Position numbers and translations under genes: made by a program. Source: Mobula hypostoma (lineage: Eukaryota). Taken from it: a stretch of 64,000 bases of DNA. Under the pieces are notes generated by a model. That model had not been told where the DNA came from. It saw only the letters and a list, made by a program, of their open reading frames with translations, and ran no database searches. This document shows, piece by piece, positions 62,044 to 64,000 of the stretch. Where the stretch lies: NCBI RefSeq assembly GCF_963921235.1, contig NC_086097.1, positions 220,598,001 to 220,662,000 on the forward strand. The letters are read 5' to 3'. Position 1 is the stretch's first letter. Every line of letters starts with the position of its first letter.

Positions 62044-62414
62044 CGTTCGTCATCGGGGTCTGGTAGTGGCTGAAAGGGGATAGAGGTTCAAAATTCTGTG
62101 CTTACATCAACTGTATATTAAATCATCAGAAGAGACCAGAATGGGGTTTGATTGTGACAACTATCTACACACTGCACTAAAAGATTAAAACACACATGAA
62201 TAATCTTCACACAAGCAAGGTGCTGTAGGACAGCAAATTTCCAGCATCATTCACAAATTAGTATGACTTCAATCAAGTAGGGAACGCATGCACCAACGAC
62301 AGTATATCGAAGTTCAAAGGAACAAATAAAACTGTTTACAAGTCAAATTTCCCATCATAAGAGACATTACTACTCGAGCAGGAATGATTTGTTTCAATAA
62401 TGAGTTGCTGGACA

Positions 62415-63650
62415 CAGTATATGAGGTATTGCTCCTCCAACCTGAGTTTGGCCTCATCATGGCAGTAGAGGAGGCCATGTATGGACATATCCAATGGGAA
62501 TGTGAAGTGGAGTTGAAGTGGGTAGCAACCAGGAGGTCTTGTCTGTTGTGGCGGACAGAGCGGAGGTGCTCAACAAAGCGTTCCCCCAATCTGCGCTGGG
62601 TTTCTCCGACGTAGAGGCCGCCGCACCGGGAGCACCGGATGCAATAGATGACCCCAACAGACTCACAAGTGAAGTGTTGCCTCACCTGGAAGGACTGCTT
62701 GGGGCCCTGAATGGTGGCAAGAGAGGAGGTGTAGGGACAGGTGTAGCACTTGCGCTTACAGGGATAAGTGCCGGGTGGGAGATCCGTGGGGAGGGACGTG
62801 TGGACCAGGGAGTCGCAGAGGGACCGATCCCTGCGGAAAGCGGGGAGGGGTGGAGAGGGAAAGATGTGCTTAGCGGTGGGGTCCTGTTGAAGGTCGTGGA
62901 AGTTGCGGAGGATAATGTGCTGGATCCAGAGGCTGGTGGGATGGTAGGTGAGGACAAGGGGAACTCTGTCCCTGTTGTGGTGGCGGGAGGATGGGGTGAG
63001 GGCTGACATGCGGGAAATAGAGGAGATGCGGGTGAGGGCATGATTATTGACAGAAGGGAAACCACGATCCTTAAAGAAAGAGGACATTTGAGATCTCCTG
63101 GAACGGAAAACCTCATCCTCGGAGCAGATGCGGCGGAGATGGAGGAACTGGGAATAGGGAATGGCATTTTTGCATGTGGTGGGGTGGGAAGAGGTATAGT
63201 CAAGGTAGTTATGAGAGCCAGTGGGCTTGTAGAAGATGTCAGTGGACAGTCTGTCTCCAGAGATGGAGACCAAGAGATCGAGAAAGGGGAGAGCAGTGTC
63301 TGAGATAGACCAAGTGAATTTGAGGGCTGGGTGGAAGTTTGAAGTAAAGTCGATGAACTTGACAAGCTTAGCATAGGTGCAGGAAGCGGCACCAATGTAG
63401 TCGTCAATGTAGCAAAGGAAATGTTGGGGAGCAGTATCAGAATAGGTTTGGAGCACAGACCGTTCCACATAACCAACGAAGAGGCAGGCATAGCTGGGGA
63501 CCATGCCCCTTCCCTCTTCAGTCCTGACGAAGGGTTCCAGCCCGTAACGTTGACTGATCGCTTCCATGGATGCTGCCCGACCTGCTGAGTTCCTCCAGCA
63601 TGTTGCGAGTGTTGCTTTGACCCCAGCATCTGCAGAGTATTTTGTGTTTA
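62415..63650 (-). mobile_element. PLE (third subfamily): RT C-terminal half + GIY-YIG on minus, inverted hammerhead + tail on plus (~63505-63650)
   Basis: PSYACLFVG, YIDDYIG, YKPTGSHNYLDY, GTYPCKRKCYTC, VIYCIRCSRCGGLYVGET; CAGTC CTGACGA AGGGTTCCAGCCC GTAA CGTT GACTG at 63519-63556. Confidence 0.92.
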
Positions 63651-63654
63651 CTGC

Positions 63655-64000
63655 TTTCATTTACCCTATCTATACCCTTCATAAGTTTGTATACCTCTAT
63701 CAAATCCCCCCTCTATTTTCTATGCTGTAAGGAATAAACTCTAACCTAATTAATCTTTCCTTATAACTTTTACATCTTTCCTGTAGATAGGTGACCAAAA
63801 CTGCACACAATACTCCAAATTGGGTCCCACCAACATTTTATACAATTCTCTGGTACCTCACCAGTAGCTGAGGCTGATTTAAATATCTCTGCTAGGGTCC
63901 CTGCAATTCCTGCACTTGGCTTCCACAGGGTCTGAGGGAACACTTCGTCAGACCCTGGGGATTTATCCACCCTAATTTGCCTCAAGATAACAAACACCTC
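63655..64000 (-). mobile_element. CR1 fragments (run off the window end)
   Basis: GDLIEVYKLMKGIDRVN; VDKSPGSDEVFPQTLW..IAGTLAEIFKS. Confidence 0.8.

Noticed and set aside
62314..63660. 448-aa ORF as an intact or domesticated gene
   Set aside because: It is a chimera: the N-terminus is the antisense of the inverted tail, the RT lacks its N-terminal half, and the frame shifts after SHSH and runs into flanking DNA

Overview
This is eukaryotic, repeat-dense, apparently non-coding DNA (intronic or intergenic). The repeat set (V-domain/HE1-like SINEs, CR1 and Rex1/Babar LINEs, Neptune-like Penelope elements) suggests a cartilaginous fish, probably a ray; that is inferred from repeat content only. 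I could not recognise any host gene, and nearly all listed ORFs are decayed or antisense frames of transposons. Contents: a near full-length CR1 LINE (esterase ORF1, APE, RT); many CR1, Rex1, RTE, L2 and I/Nimb fragments; tRNA-derived SINEs; Tigger, Tc1, hAT and Harbinger derivatives; and more than 15 Penelope-like element (PLE) pieces. The most coherent system is the PLE family. Its 3' region carries a minimal type I hammerhead ribozyme (TAGTC-CTGAnGA-stem II-GAAA-CGTC^GACTG), and three copies have an intact core. Several insertions are head-to-head foldbacks and six are flanked by 13-14 bp target duplications. Ends fall into a 'tailed' class and a class stopping 33-37 nt earlier at a recurrent site. 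5' breakpoints cluster at the ribozyme, producing ~140 bp ribozyme-plus-tail mini-insertions. Hammerheads, inverted copies and tails are already known for PLEs in general; the lineage-specific details here would need checking. Coordinates of old degenerate repeats are approximate.
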